Assembly: GCA_022605425.2 (NCBI GenBank)
Contig: CM061251.1
Span: forward strand, 930,001 to 994,000
DNA: 64,000 bases
Direction: 5' to 3'
DNA from: Hamiltosporidium tvaerminnensis FI-OER-3-3
Lineage: Eukaryota > Fungi > Microsporidia
The notes beneath the pieces were generated by a model that searched no databases, was not told the origin of the DNA, and saw nothing but the letters and a program-made list of their open reading frames with translations. This document shows, piece after piece, positions 39,651-54,299 of this stretch. The translations under genes and the position numbers were made by a program. Numbering within the stretch: the stretch's first letter is position 1; the number at the start of each line of letters is the position of its first letter.

Positions 39651-42399
39651 TTTTTGTATCGCGATATCCATTGAACCGTAAACATATATTGTATTTAAAG
39701 CTTATAGTAAAATTTTTTATTTATGATTTGTGACATAAAAGAAAACCAAATTAAATATTTTCCTCTTATCGAACCTAAATTTAATGTGATATTACTACCA
39801 ACCTAAAAAATGATCAAAGCACATGTTTTATAGTGAATTAATTATAAAAGTATGTCTTAGAATAACATTACAGCCAAATTTCTTTTAAAACAAAAATAAC
39901 TGATATATTATTTTTTATAAAATTTTTTAAAAAAAGAAAATAGTGCTATATACAAAGCTTATTTTTTAACAGCAAAGTCTTTACTTTATAAAATTTTAAT
40001 TCAACTTTCTTTTATTTTATCTGAATAAAATAAGTTTTCACGTACTTTGATATATTGTTTATAAAAAAAAACATCTAAATAGAAATTAAAAATAAAAGTA
40101 CTAGTTGAACTTACTTCAGAAAATCTATTCACAATTTATTTTTTCTTTGAAAAAAACATAAAAGTACAAATAAGAATTAGTTGAACTAAAATTTTAACCC
40201 CATGAAGTAACGAAGAAAAAAGAATAGACCATAATACCCACTTCGTGAAATTTCTAAGTTTAGTTAACAAAACATTTCTTCTTGCAATACTTAAGAAGTA
40301 CAATTCCCAAAAATTCTTCATCAATACACCTTCACATGATATTTCAATACAAGTTCTACTATACATTTAAAAATGCGAAAAAAACCTTTGTTAATCCCAA
40401 AGCAAACCCAAAGTAGAGGTTTAAGTTGACTAATTCCGCATTCCGCTCTTTTTGTCTTCATAAAACATCAAATTTAAATTTTTGCTTATTTTTTGTTAGA
40501 ATAATTTCAGAGAATAGTTTTTTTAGTTATTTCAAGCCTTAATATTTATATATAAATGTCTTTAAATGAATTATAATATCAATTTCTTTTCTTTTCTTTC
40601 TAAAATATTTGAAAATTTAAATGTTATTATTTTTTTTTTAATTTTTGCATTTTTTTATAATTTTTATTAGTTTCATATATCAATCGTAATATTTTTAAAT
40701 CAAAAATGTAAAAAAATAGATTTACTACAAATATATTATAAAATAATCATTTTAAACCCATTGAAATACAGATCGAATTATTTAAGACAAGAAAAGTAGA
40801 TTATTTTTAGTGAACAGACCTCTGAATTACGCAATAAGAACAACGTGATAAAATATATCTACATAAAACAGAATCTAAATAAAATATGAACCTAGAAAAA
40901 AAGTAGATATATAAAACAGAACCTCAACTTCTCTGCTCCTATAATCTTTGATATATGTATAACAAATAATGCCATTCTGTTGTGGTATTTTATAGAAGGC
41001 TTTCTTTAACTTTCTGAAATCTTTCAATTTAAGAAAAAAGAGGTGTTTTAATATTTTAATAAGACTTTAGAAATATTTTTCTTAGATAATTTGCCATGAA
41101 TATTAGGAATACAATTTTTCTATTTTTATTTTTCTTAAATTGTATTGCTTCTATAAATTTCTTTAGTATGTGTATAGTAAAATAAAAGAAAAAATAGAGA
41201 AAGAAAATCCTTTAACAGCAATTATATTTCAATAAACTCTTTATTTCTTCAATTTTTAAATTTTTACTTTTACTTGTATGATTTGAACTTTGTCTCATTT
41301 GAACTACTTAAATCAGAATTTTTTTTAAAAAGAAAAAAGATTTATAAAGAAATTATTTTCAAAATTTCAAAATTAAAAATTAGAAGAACTAAGAAATAAA
41401 AATTAAGAAAAAAAAGTAGAAAAAATTTAAAAAATTCAGAAATAATTTATGAGAATGTGAGAAATAAAATTTCTGAAATTAAGAGATAAGAATATGATGG
41501 AATAGAATAAAAATATAATAAAATGCCAAACTTTAATAAATTATTTCACTTTCTACATTTTTTTTCTAATTCCAAAAGAAAAATATTGAATAATTTTTTG
41601 TTAATATACTACACTTCGCTATATAACAAATAATATCTAGTGTAAAACAGCGAAAGTTTGTAAAGTCTCTTTCTAAGGTAGCAGTAAGCTTTAATTATCT
41701 TTTCATGTTCCGAACTTCTTAAATTCGAAATTCTTTACCACCGCAACACTTCATTTTTTTTTCGAATCAATTATATTTTCGTAATGTCTTTACACCTATT
41801 TATCATCACCAAACTTAATTATAGCTTCTATTTATTCCAAGCAGGGTTTGGATATAGATAATTTTATTTAAAAAGATTGAAGATTTCTAGACATACCAGA
41901 ACTCCATTCACTTAACACACGCGAAAGAACCACATCAAATTCATTCCGATTCCGCATGACTCGGTATATTTCGTCAGCGCTTTGTAGGCTAGTACTTTAG
42001 CATAAGATAATCCTATCAATAAATTTAATAAAAGCTGTTAGTGCCTCCATAATTTACCATTTAGTCAGTGGGGGACCAAGGTCTGCTTCTTTTCTAGTCA
42101 TCGATGTAAAGTGCATCATCTATATATTACGGGGGTATTGTCCTATTTATGTCACCGACATGTAATTTCATCAATATGTAAACTTTTCGCTAAAAAAAAG
42201 AAAAAACACATTTATTCAAAAATAATACAACTATATGTTAGAGCCTACACTTCAATCATATATCATCAAAGACAAATAAATTTTTATATATGTTTAAGAG
42301 AAATTGGTCAATATAATTTAACAGAATAACGTGTTTTTATCAAAAGTAAATAAAAGTTATTGGTTTTCTAAAAAGTATACCTACAAATTAAAGACATTA

Positions 42400-44350
42400 A
42401 TTTATCTTTTCTTCGTTATGATATACATCTTCACAGCGATTCTTCAGATTAGCAATTGCGTTCCATAAAAAGCTTTCTGCCTTTAGCTTATTGTAATTGC
42501 AATTAAAGTTAATGATATTGGTAAGTTATCTAGCAATATATTCTAAGTGAATTCATTCACTAACGTGTACCTCTGACTTTAAACAGGATTTATAAGTTTT
42601 TTGACACTACCGTTTGAATCATAATAAGAATACATTTAATTAAACTTACAAAACCCAATCTTCACCTTAAAACAGCCTAGGTCTGTAAGATATAAAAATC
42701 AAGCTGCGAATATTCTAGTAATTATATCAGTTGATTGCGGAATATGTTTCTATGGCTTCAAATTTAGGTTCAATTCTTTAAAATAAAAGAGGTATTAAGT
42801 TTCATACCAAGCTATTCATGAATCACTCGTAGAAGATGTCACAACATAAAAAATATAACACTATTTATAGTTTTTGTAATTTTTAATATTCAATTGTCTT
42901 ACATTTTATATTTTAATAGACAAATCGATATTTTGATAGTATAATCTCTTAACTAACAAACACAATCATAGAAATTTTATTTTTGAATTACAAATACTTG
43001 TTTCCATTAATTATAAGACTAAGTTGAAATCCTTTTGCTTTGATATCCATCTAAAAATATATTTAGATCTCAAAGTGATATTAATATCTTGTAATTCCCA
43101 CTAATATAGGTATTTCTTCATTATGTAAAGAATTGTATGTAACTTTATATCTATTTAGCAAAGTAAATATTAAAAATGATTTAAATTAATTTAGCTTATA
43201 ATGAAATATATTTATTAAAGATTCAATCAATCTTTATACCAAATTAAAATATTATCTAAATTATTATTTATTTGAATTGTTTTTCGTGTGAATCCGTAAT
43301 GACTCATAAGAAAGTTAAAGATCTAAAAAATCCAAGAATATATAGATAACCATACCATTTATAAAATAGTTGTAGAAATTGTATTTAACCTAGGTAGATG
43401 AATTAAAAACATTGAAATTAAGAATCAATTAATATAAAAACAGATAATGAAATGTAGTCGTAATTTTGAAGTAGTATAAAAAGAACAAGATTATCAGTTC
43501 GAGACATATTATGTACTATTCAATTTATTTAAATTTAATTCTTTAGATAATTAGAGTAAAATATTACTTAAGTCTAATAAAAATATAAAATAATAGAAAA
43601 CTTAGTAATATCTTTACAAATATAAAAATTTATGTTCTAAATTTGTCGAATATGAGTTAATAGTTTAAGACGAAATTCTTATATGAATATATTGGGATGA
43701 ATCAAATTTCAAAATTCTCTAATAGAATTATATAATTTAGTAAAAATAACTTAATGACTATATAAATCTAAAAAATAGCATTTTATTTCAACAAATTCAA
43801 TAGTATTACATTTTTAATAAATTTTCTTGAAATTATTATACATGCAATGTAAATATCTTTTCGCACGATATCTTTCTTTTACTTAGCTCTATATTCTTTT
43901 TAAACCAAAAAGCAATACATATATAATACAAAGCGGTTTGCTCAATTTTAGGAAAGGTAACTAATATGAGGTTATATGGAAATCCAAAGCTATGTATGAA
44001 TACCCTATATGATCAAAGTTTCAATCAATATACTGAAGGCTTTTAAAAACAATTTCACAAAATTTAATACGGCCATATTTAGGTCAAACACAACGTATTA
44101 TGACTAATTTTAAAAAATATTATTCAAAAATAATCAGTTAAGGTTTTAATAGTTAAAATGTTCTAAATGACCATAAAAAAGCACTTAATACCTTACGCAC
44201 AAAAACTTCCAATTATGGTAAATTTATAAGTTTATTAGACTTAACACTCAAAAATCATATAAGAAGAGATAATACTAAGATGTATTTTGAAATATAACAT
44301 ATTGATAAGAATCAAAGAATTTAACGCCAAATGAATATTAAATTAGTATA
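42400..44350 (-). pseudogene. LRR-like family paralogue C (closest to A over its 3' half)
   Basis: Blocks KHIPQSTD (42726-42749), YDSNGSVKKLI, KSE (42571-42579), LEYI and NAIANLK; 24-nt motif at 44202-44225. Confidence 0.75.
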
Positions 44351-46840
44351 AAATTAATAAATCACATCAAAGTATAGTAAAATCATAATAGATTTAGAAC
44401 CAAACATTGCTTTACTAAAACAAGACATGATTAAAGTAGTCAGAATTGTTTTATAACCAGAAAAACTGCTGCATGAGCAACCATTATAACTTGGTAAAGG
44501 AATAACAAAAGAAATATGTAAAAAATATAGGAACAATTTAAAACAGAAAATTAAAATAACAAAACAAGAAATATGAAAAAAAGCAATTAAAAATAGAATT
44601 AAAATACATTTTATCTTAACCGACTCTATACAAGTGAAAATTCAAAACTAAAAAAACATTAATAAAATAAATACCTAACTAAAATTTTCCACGTAAAAGA
44701 ATAAAAGTTCGATAATTGTAAATAAAATTTGAAACGGTACAATTTTTTTTGTAAAAAAGAAATATTTTATCTTAACAGCTATAAACAATACTAATTTCAT
44801 ATAGAACATAAAATATGAAATATATACTAGTTTATATTACAGAAAAGACTATACAGATTTTATACCATATAAACTTACGTGACAAAAAAGCAACTAAAAT
44901 CTACCACTAATGATGTAAAATAACGAGTTTACAATATAAATATATTTTTCTTTAATTAAAAGCCAACATATTATAGTTAAACTTAAAAAATATATGATAA
45001 CAACAAGTAAATTATTTTAAGTATGTAATAAACATACAAATCAAGTTTTTAATATGTTATAAATTTAATTTAGAACAAAATATATGACTTAATACAGAAG
45101 AAGTGACAAAGTTATGAAAAAAATGAATAAAAAAACTTACTAAAATTTATATCCCATGCATATCCCTTTAGCGAAAGTACATAGTATTCCAAAGAATATT
45201 TTTTAATAAAACATCTAAATTTTGAATTTTTAAAAAAATTATTGTGTAATGAATTGAATCGAACAACCAAGCAATATTTGTTGGCGTTATTAATATCACA
45301 TTTCACACGCCTTATATTGCACTCTTCTGAAACTCAGTAGATAAATAAAATGGAATACAAATTATAAGTAAGAAAAGTATTTGGTATAAATAAAAACCGT
45401 ATAGTTTAATAAAGACTAATATGTTATGCTGGTGAATTCTTAATTGCTTTGTAAAATAAAAGAAACTTTGGATATTGAAATTAAAAAAAAAAACAGTGCA
45501 GTTTAATAAGATTTATTTCATTAAATAATTAATAGCTCGATAAATGGTACCATACATACCTTTCAAAATCAGAAAAAAATTTTTAAAAATGAACCAACAT
45601 GATATATAAGAAATAATAACGTAAAGAAAAATAAGCGGTAAATAAAAATAACAAAACAATATTACAAATTTATAATAACAGACTATCTCGGTTTTGGAAA
45701 AAAAATATATTTCTGTATAAACTAACACATAGAATGATTTAAAACCATTACCTCTTTTTTACACAGTCACTAGTATAAATTTTTTTGATGAAATTCACGC
45801 AGTTCTGAGTTTAACATATGTGACAGCATCCCCACCACACTATCTGTAAACTTACGATACCCATTCCAAGGCTTTCATTTATAAGGTATATATGATCTAT
45901 TTAATAGGGAAAAGGTTTGCGTAGCGTTTGCCCATATCTGTTACTAAGTTTTGATTGTAGGTAGAACATAGCTCGAACTTAACCTTTCGAGATTATGCAG
46001 GATTTTCACTTACTCTATCCACTCCGAAGCCAATAAATGCTCGCCAAGATATATTTTGATGACTAACACAGACCTACTTAGACAATGCAATGACATAACA
46101 AGATGTATAACATGTTGCATCGCTTTAAGACTTCAAAAGTTATTATTTTTCTATCCTCTGAGGTTAAGTGTTATAACCTGGTGTTCAAGACAAGGTTTCC
46201 ACGTTTTTAACAAAGCGAAAATCAAAAAGTACAATTTATTCTGCAATCTAGCCACAAATGAGACTACAAAATATATTATAGAAAAAGATTTCGATATATT
46301 ATAGACCTTCTCCTCCTCATAAGAGCAGCAATGGAACCCCAAAAACATAGAGTAGTCTTATTCATATTTAAAGGCTAAATATCGGTTCAAACAGATCTTT
46401 CACATGATCATTTCAAATAATACTGTCTTGTAGTCGTTGTCCTCTCTCCACCAATGGTTTAGCTATTTATAAACAATCAATTTTAACATAATCTAGTTAC
46501 ACACAAATTTAATCATCAAATGTAACACTATTTGAGAAAAAATTAAAATATAAATTTTTTTGTAAAGAACCCTCTCCTAATGAGAAATCTCTATAATTTA
46601 CTCTGCTGATATAAATTATTTTTTTTTAAACATTAAAGAAAACATAAGAGTTGATGATACGGAATGCTAACCCAAAAAAACAAAACAAAGGGTTTACTGT
46701 TTTTCGAAATTATAATAATTTTTGCAATTTACTGACATTCCTTCACTATAAAATAGTTTTAATGACATTACGAAGCAATTGAAGCATACCGTAATCATTA
46801 GTTGCTTTGCTCTTATAGTTAGAGCGTTAGATGAAGCTTT

Positions 46841-47225
46841 TTTTTTATCCTCACTTTTTGTATATGGTATTTAGAAAGATCTTAGTTTAAAGCTGAATTT
46901 TTGGATATTTCATTCTATAATCAAATTTAAAACAAAAAAAAAATCATAAAATTATGATGCAGATTAAAATATCCGAAAATTCGTTCTTTAAACCGAGGTC
47001 CTTCTAAACGCCATATATATTGTAAGTAAGATTCTAAAATCACTTCGGCATTTATTAATCTAACGAAAAAAGTTAATACTTATAAAGAAAATTGCATACG
47101 ATATAAATTTCGTTAAATATATTGCAGTATAAAAGGTATTAAAATGGAAAATGAAGAAGTATTTGAAATTGTAATATAAAAGAAGTAAAATTTATTATGA
47201 AAGAAAACTATAATACAATGACAAA
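46841..47225 (+). repeat. Third, partial (~0.38 kb) copy of the H-gene 3' end
   Basis: ttttttatcctca...taatcaaatttaaaacaaa...aatatc.gaaaattc is shared with ~24565-24950 and ~47367-47760. Confidence 0.8.
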
Positions 47226-47359
47226 AGTTTACCTTTCTTTAATTTTTAATAATTTTCGGATATTCCTTCAATTTAAAACTTTTTTATCAATTACGAAATA
47301 ATAGAAGCATACAACCACCAAAGCCGAAAAAGATTTTAAACCTAACCATCACTTTTATC

Positions 47360-50300
47360 GCAAATATTTTTTATCCTCACTTTTTTTTTTTGTATTTGGC
47401 ATTTAGGAAGATCTCAAATTTAAAGACGAATTTTCCAATATTTCATATTGTAATCAAATTTAAAACAAATAAACTTCATAAAATTATGATACAACTTAAT
47501 ATATCGGAAAATTCATTGATAAACTTAAGATCTTTCTAAATGCCATATATAGTAGAAATTAAGATTCACAAACTCCATCATTTGACGATAAGTGATTCAA
47601 TATAAAAGTATAAACTTATAAAGACAATTTAATAGTGTTTATTATTTTTTTAAAGTAATTGCAGTATGGATGGTATTAAAACAGAAAAACATAAGTAAGT
47701 TCTTGGAATTACAAGTTAAAGGGAAATAAATATCTTTTGGCTGTAAAAATTGTCATATAATGAAAAAAAATCTAGAATATAAAATTTCTATATATTTTTG
47801 TTCCTATAGTGCATTGAAAGGAATTACACCATAAGATATTTTTTTTATGATTTTTTTTTATATATTATTTACATTTACTTTGTACGAAGGCTTTACACGA
47901 TTGTTAAAAGTCCCAGTAAATCCAGCTTAAGATTTTACTACTATAATTTCTTTTTTTTGCTTTACTATAAACTTTAAAAAAAATTCCTACTTTTATTTCT
48001 TGAATTAAAGTGTTAGTCAAACATTTTGTCAAGCCTGTAATTTTGTTTTGACAATTAGAAATATCGTTTATCATTTTACTATTTAAACTGTAAAACATAT
48101 TGCAAAATATGCAGATTTTTTAAATTTTTTTTTTGATAACCTTTATATTTTTATAATAAATTATTTCGCTTAAAATATACTATATCACGCATATTTACTG
48201 TTCTGCAAAAAAATTATCATTTATTTCTGAGAATTTAACATTTATTTAAAATGTAATTAAGGTTTTTCAATCAAGGTCTCTAATTTATATATTCTAATTA
48301 CAAAATTGCTTTGCCATTTCTCTAATTATACGCTACAAAAACATAAACCAACATCATAGTAAAATAATTCCCTGTCTAACATAAAAAATCTTTTAATTTG
48401 AAAAAATTCTCATTTTGAAAAAAATATTAACAAATTTTATTAAGAGAATATTTATATTTATTAAATTTTATTTGGCGAAATAATAAAAAATTTCTTCCTT
48501 CGAATGTATTTTTTCATATTCTAAATATATAATTTAAATTCTTTTACCTGAATTCAATGACATCGATTCTTATTCTTATATTTACAAATTTGTCTTAAAA
48601 TATTCAAAAGAGAACCATTTAATAATCCTAAGTTACAGATATAATAAAATAAAAGATATATTTGAACCGAAATATTGACATTTCATATGCTCGCCACATT
48701 TTTTGTAATAACTACATCAAAATTTTTTATAATTCAGAATCATTTTCTAATTTACTATTGAAGAAATTAGATTTTTAAACCAAATGATGCATATAATACC
48801 AAAAACTTTCTAATTTATAATACAACTTATCAAGAAACAAAAATTAATCATTGACTTTTAGAAAAGAAAGCAGAAAAAAAGATAAGTAATCTCTATTAAT
48901 ATAAGTGAATAAAATAAGACATTATAAACAGAGATATATACTTTAAACATAAAAAAACTAACTGTACTTCCCGAAAAAAATTCTTAATTCATTTAGGTAT
49001 TTTTTTCTTTAGGAAATAATTAATCGAATATTTTATATAGTCGCGGATTTTTAGTTTTATTTTTTTTTCATTACAGAGTTCCTATCCCTATGTTTCGATA
49101 TCCGAAAAATCTCATCATAAAAAATTGACTTTAAAAGAAGAGTTATTAAGATAAGGTATTCTGGCCACCAGTTTAATAGAGACAATAACTGTTGCTCGCC
49201 ATTATTTGCTCAACCCAAGATATTTTTTTTAAAAAAAAATTATTCACATTAAATATATTTGCAGATGCGTATATGATATAATAATTAAAAAAAATTAGCA
49301 TTCTCGCCATAGTTTTAATATTTTCGTAACGAAAATAAATTTTAGCAAACAAAAATAACAAATTTGAAATAAAGTCAAAAAACGTAAAAAAAAATGTGAA
49401 AGCTTTCTAGAGTTATGGCAAGAAAAAACAAAAACAGCCAAGATATCGGTTTATAAGCCAATCTATTTTTGAATTATATCTCATGCTCTATTTCGTCTTT
49501 CATCATTGGAAGTTTTATAATGTAATGCAATTTTTAAAGTTAATCAGAAAAAAATTATATCAGTATTTCAATTTCATAAAAGACAACATGTAAAAATAGT
49601 ATATACATTATATTATTTGAAAATAAGGTTGTATTATAACTACAAATTAGGTTCTTAAACATAATTAAATCTTATAAACTTTTTTAAATGGTAACTCCAA
49701 ATTAAATAATATTTGAAATTCCATTTTACAATAAACACTCTATCTAAGTTCTTATAAACCAAAGCATGTTGCATCGCATTTTATATAATTCAGATTAAAT
49801 AAAAAAATATTTATCCAACTACCAGGAACAACACCCCATTTTTTTTCTTAATAAGAAATTTTACTGAATCTTAAGTAATTCTAAAAAATTCAAATTTTCT
49901 GTTGCTTGGTATGCATTTGATTAAAAATACTAAAATTATTCCCAAAACCCCATAACGGGATTTTCAAAAGCATATTAAACCAGTTTTAAATTGCTTTTTG
50001 TTAAATCTTTACTGAAAAAAAAAATTATAAAATATTATTTTACATTATTTTTTGGTTGCTTTTTGGTGATTTAAGCCCTTCGCTGCTTAAACATCGTGAC
50101 TTAAGGTATTAAATCAGTTATCATTGGTGTCTATAGCCCTACCTTTCAAAAATAATAAATTTAAAGTATATTAAAAAATATTACCTTATATTTCAAACCA
50201 GATTTCGAAAAGTTTTATTTAATCTTAAATTAAGTTTCCTAAATATAATTCTTGATCTCTAGGTTTAAAAATTATTTTGGGTTTAATTTTTTTTTATCTT

Positions 50301-51720
50301 ATAACTAAATGAATGCCAAGTCTATTTATATAGCAGCTAGAAATATACAAAATTTTACTTATTGTATAGAATAGAAATTCATTCTTAAGTGCAAAATATA
50401 AAGCAATATGCTGAAACAGAGATGAGAAGAAATTTTAGATCATGCAAAAACCTTCAGAGTATTGTACGAAAATATCTAAAGTTATAAAAAATTCGAAAAC
50501 TCAAATTCGAAGTCTGATGTTTTATAATAAATACCAAGTAATTAATAACTACTTTTCAAGCCTAAAAAATCTTTAAATAATATAAAATAGTACAAAAAAG
50601 CATAAAGTTACGCTAAAATAGATCAATCAGACACAATATGTCAAAAATATCTTAAAAAGATATACCTAAATGTGTAATTTTTAGAATTACAAAATTATTC
50701 CATAGTGTTTTAAAACAATTCGAATAAGATGTATTCATATTAAACCACAGATAGAAATTAATGCTATAAAAATGCAAAATATTAGGGAGAATTCAAAAAA
50801 ACAACATTTTTGCTTATTAAATTATCGGCTCTTATTTTTTGAATTATGCCTGTTTTTGTTTAAACATTTTTATGGTGTTTAAATTGTTAAGATTATATTT
50901 CTTTAAATATTTTTTTTAAAAATTGATCATCTTTCTTATGAGAAATAATTTTCATCTAGATATTTACCGTACTTTTGAGAAATAATTTATTAGTTAGTTG
51001 AATACATTATAACTTAAAGAATTCTTAAATTATTAGCTCATTAAGTATTTTTTAATAAACATAAAAGGTTTTATATACAATGCAAACGCTACTTTATTTA
51101 AATGTCCAAAACATTCTTATCCAGGATGAAATCGAAATTACGTAATTATTTTAAAGTAAAATAAAACAAACTGAGCTTAAGAGTGTCGTGTAAGCCTAAC
51201 TAGTATTCGTATTACTTTTCTCATATAGAAATTTAGTTCGTTCTCTAAATAGTCACATATATTCTTTGCCTGTAATAGTAAAATATCTTATTTAGGAAAG
51301 TGTGATGGCATTATAATTTCACAAAAATTTGGCGATTTATAGAGAATATATTTTAAATGAACATTCCAGTAAAATATTTTTGAATTTAGAAAATAAATAA
51401 ATTTTATCATATGTTATTTAATGCCTCAAAATCAAATACTTGACCTTTGCATACATAAATTTCTAACCTTTGTTTTTTAAGAATATAGTTGAATTGTAAA
51501 AATATTGATTTGAGAAAAATTTAAAATTTAAAAACCAACTAAAGTGATTTGTGATTATTCGTTTTTCTTGAAAAAAATTCTCCATTAGTTAAAATTATCA
51601 TTCTAAAAAAATATTTACAGCCATATATAATATAACAAATCAAAAACTATTTAATATTTCCCGAAATTTATAAAAAAAATAAAATCAAATTTCATATATA
51701 AAAAAATGATTGTTTAGATA
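47360..51720 (-). pseudogene. Degenerate family gene H2, interrupted by a ~1.8 kb insertion (~49070-50895)
   Basis: ~47367-49065 aligns to ~24565-26265, and ~50895-51720 aligns to ~26265-27060. Confidence 0.55.
49070..50895. mobile_element. Unclassified ~1.8 kb insertion, possibly a Tc1/mariner-derived remnant
   Basis: Absent from paralogue H1. The left junction begins TA-CAGAGTT-N11-GTTTCGATATCC, a motif also found at 9557-9588. No right terminal repeat or transposase was recognised. Confidence 0.35.
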
Positions 51721-51799
51721 TTAAGACGGAATTAAAATAATTTTATTAGAAAAAATCTGCTGGCTTACGGTGAAAGGTTGGGGTTAAAATCAAACCAAA

Positions 51800-54200
51800 T
51801 TTTCGGTTGCTCTATCGAAGTTTTTAAGAAGAAGAACGATCTACGCATAAGAGCATTTTTTTGTTTTATTTTGTAGTCTTTATCTATCTGAATTTAGACC
51901 GCGATTGCATGCAGGTAATTACGGCGTAAACCCAGAAAATTTGATTTGGTACATAGCGATATGCTAAAAGTTAGTAAAGCCAAGGGAATCGATTTAAAAA
52001 GCTGTATCTGTTTATAAGAGAGTTCTCGCCCAGATGTACTTTATGCAAGTCGCTGTGATATATAATATATGATACGATATAGGATTTTAATCGTACAATA
52101 TTTGGAAATTTTTAAGTGTGTAATATCACTAAGCAGGATTGAACCTACGTTGATACTTCGCAAAATAAATAATTATCTTAGAATAATTGCATCGTCTTTA
52201 AATAGATTATACATACATTTTAAATAAAAAACTGAGATGTAGGTAGCTTAGAAGATACAATTGTGAAGGTAAGAAAGCCTTTATTGTAAGCACAGACATT
52301 CTTTAATGCTTGATACAAAATGATAAATGTCAAGTTTTAAAAAATGTGATATTTTTATAAATAAAATCTCTATAAATTCATAGTGTTAACATTCATTTAT
52401 TTTTGTTCAGATTGATATTTTTTTTGATTTATTAGTAGAAATTAAATTGTAAAAATATTAAATTTATGGATTAAATTTTTTCAGAGTCTTAGAACATAAT
52501 AATACTAAGAATCGGGAAAAGTATCATAAAGATAATATTAGGAAAATTAGGTTGCAGAAGTTTTTACTTTGAGGAATTCAAATTGGTTAAAAATGTCAAA
52601 AATCCGAATTAAAATATCTCATACCAAAAAGTGTCTCTAATTAAAATTTCCGATTTATACCAGAATAGCTGATTTATTATTTTTTTTTGTGTTTTCCAAT
52701 TCTGAGAACAATTTTTTTTTAATTTTGTGTTTTATTATGATTATATATACAAACGTCTGAATTAAATAAAAATTTCAAATACAATTAAAATTCATTATTT
52801 GCACTCAAAATAGAAAAATTAAATATTTATGATTTTAGCATAGTTAAAGGACATTTAAATGTTTTTATAAATTTAACTAAAGTTTTTTGACGAATTAGAA
52901 ATGATTTAGGTATTTAAAAATGTAACCATGAAATATAAGCAACAAATTATTTTCATTTACAAATTTTTAATGAAAAAACATATATTTATCAATTAGAATA
53001 AAAAATTGCAAAAATGTTTTATTAAATATATTTAAATTGTAAACCTACCGAAATAAAATTTTAAATGCTATAGTGATGAATTTTAGAAGCAAGAAAACAT
53101 AAATTAGATGTTCATATGCCCCTTAATATGTTTTAATATTTATGTTTTCTCTTGGTTTTAAATCCAACAAAAGATTTTTTTTCTAAAAAATATAATTTCT
53201 TTATATTTTTTTAAAATGTTCTACCCTTATGATTCTGAAATCAAAATGTATTTTTAATGAAGAAGTTGGGATGAAGAGTGAATAAAGAAAGAAAAACACA
53301 AAAGTTGAATATAAGTGAATAGCGGCAACGATGAGGATGAATGTTGTTTATCATTTTTATCTGCATTCTAATGGATTGCTCAATAATGATTTTGTTTTAA
53401 TAATGATTTGCAGTTATAAATAAATCATTTGAAAAAGGATTATATGGCGATGCTGTTGGATATCGGGCACAACCCCTTGATACTTGTATGGAACAAATGA
53501 TTAGATATTTTAGTTAGTTAGCTGAAAATAGTATGATCTATGCTATTTCTATTAAAATGGAGTTTTTAATCAAAGAAGTTCCTTTTCTTTTTAATCTGAA
53601 CAAAATTTTTCCTATTACGTTTGGAAAAGATGAAATAAGAGTGTGGGGGCGAGGGTTGTTAGTACCTTCCTTATGCATTGTTAAATATGTTATGTTTGAT
53701 GACAGGGATTTATCGAGAGTATTTGGAGTTAGTTAACAAGTTTGGAGTTTTTATGAAAATTAGACTCTCACATTTGGAATTTATAGCTACAACTGAGCAT
53801 AATTTAGAATTTTTACGAGTTAAATGTTGAAATATGAAAGCTTTTAAGTTGTGAATATTGAAGTAATGTATTTAAAAAAATTCAATTCTGAAAAAATATC
53901 CTATTGTTCTCTATAAAGAAAAAAAATATAAAATTTTGATCAAGTTAGATATATTTTTTAGAAGTGTTTTAAATTCAAATATTTATCAGAAGTTGAAATG
54001 AAAAATGCTTATTCGATATATTGAAAATATCAGAAACGATTATCTGCCGATGATCACTTTAGAATAATATATTTTAAATTTCCTAAAAGCTAGAAATTTT
54101 GGTATGGTTTGTAACAAAGAGGAATCTAAAGAAATCCATGCTTTACAAGAAATTCAAAATAAAATATTTTAATATGGTTTATATTTTCGCTTAAGTGTTT
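51800..54200 (+). pseudogene. Degenerate family gene P2, paralogue of P1
   Basis: Fragments LELVNKFGVFMKIRLSHLEFIATTEHNLEF, YKILIKLDIFFRS and KEESKEIHALQEIQNKIF. The block gttccttttctttttaat.tgaacaaaattttt is shared with ~28985-29020. Confidence 0.6.
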
Positions 54201-54299
54201 TAATTATATAAAAAATACTAAAATTGATTTAAAAAAAATATATTTCTATCTGGTTTTATGGAATACTTTTCTTATTAGTCCGTACTGTCCGGTTTTACA

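Noticed and set aside
41241-41395. Imperfect ~25-nt inverted repeat
   Set aside because: Low-complexity A/T arms; expected by chance at this composition.
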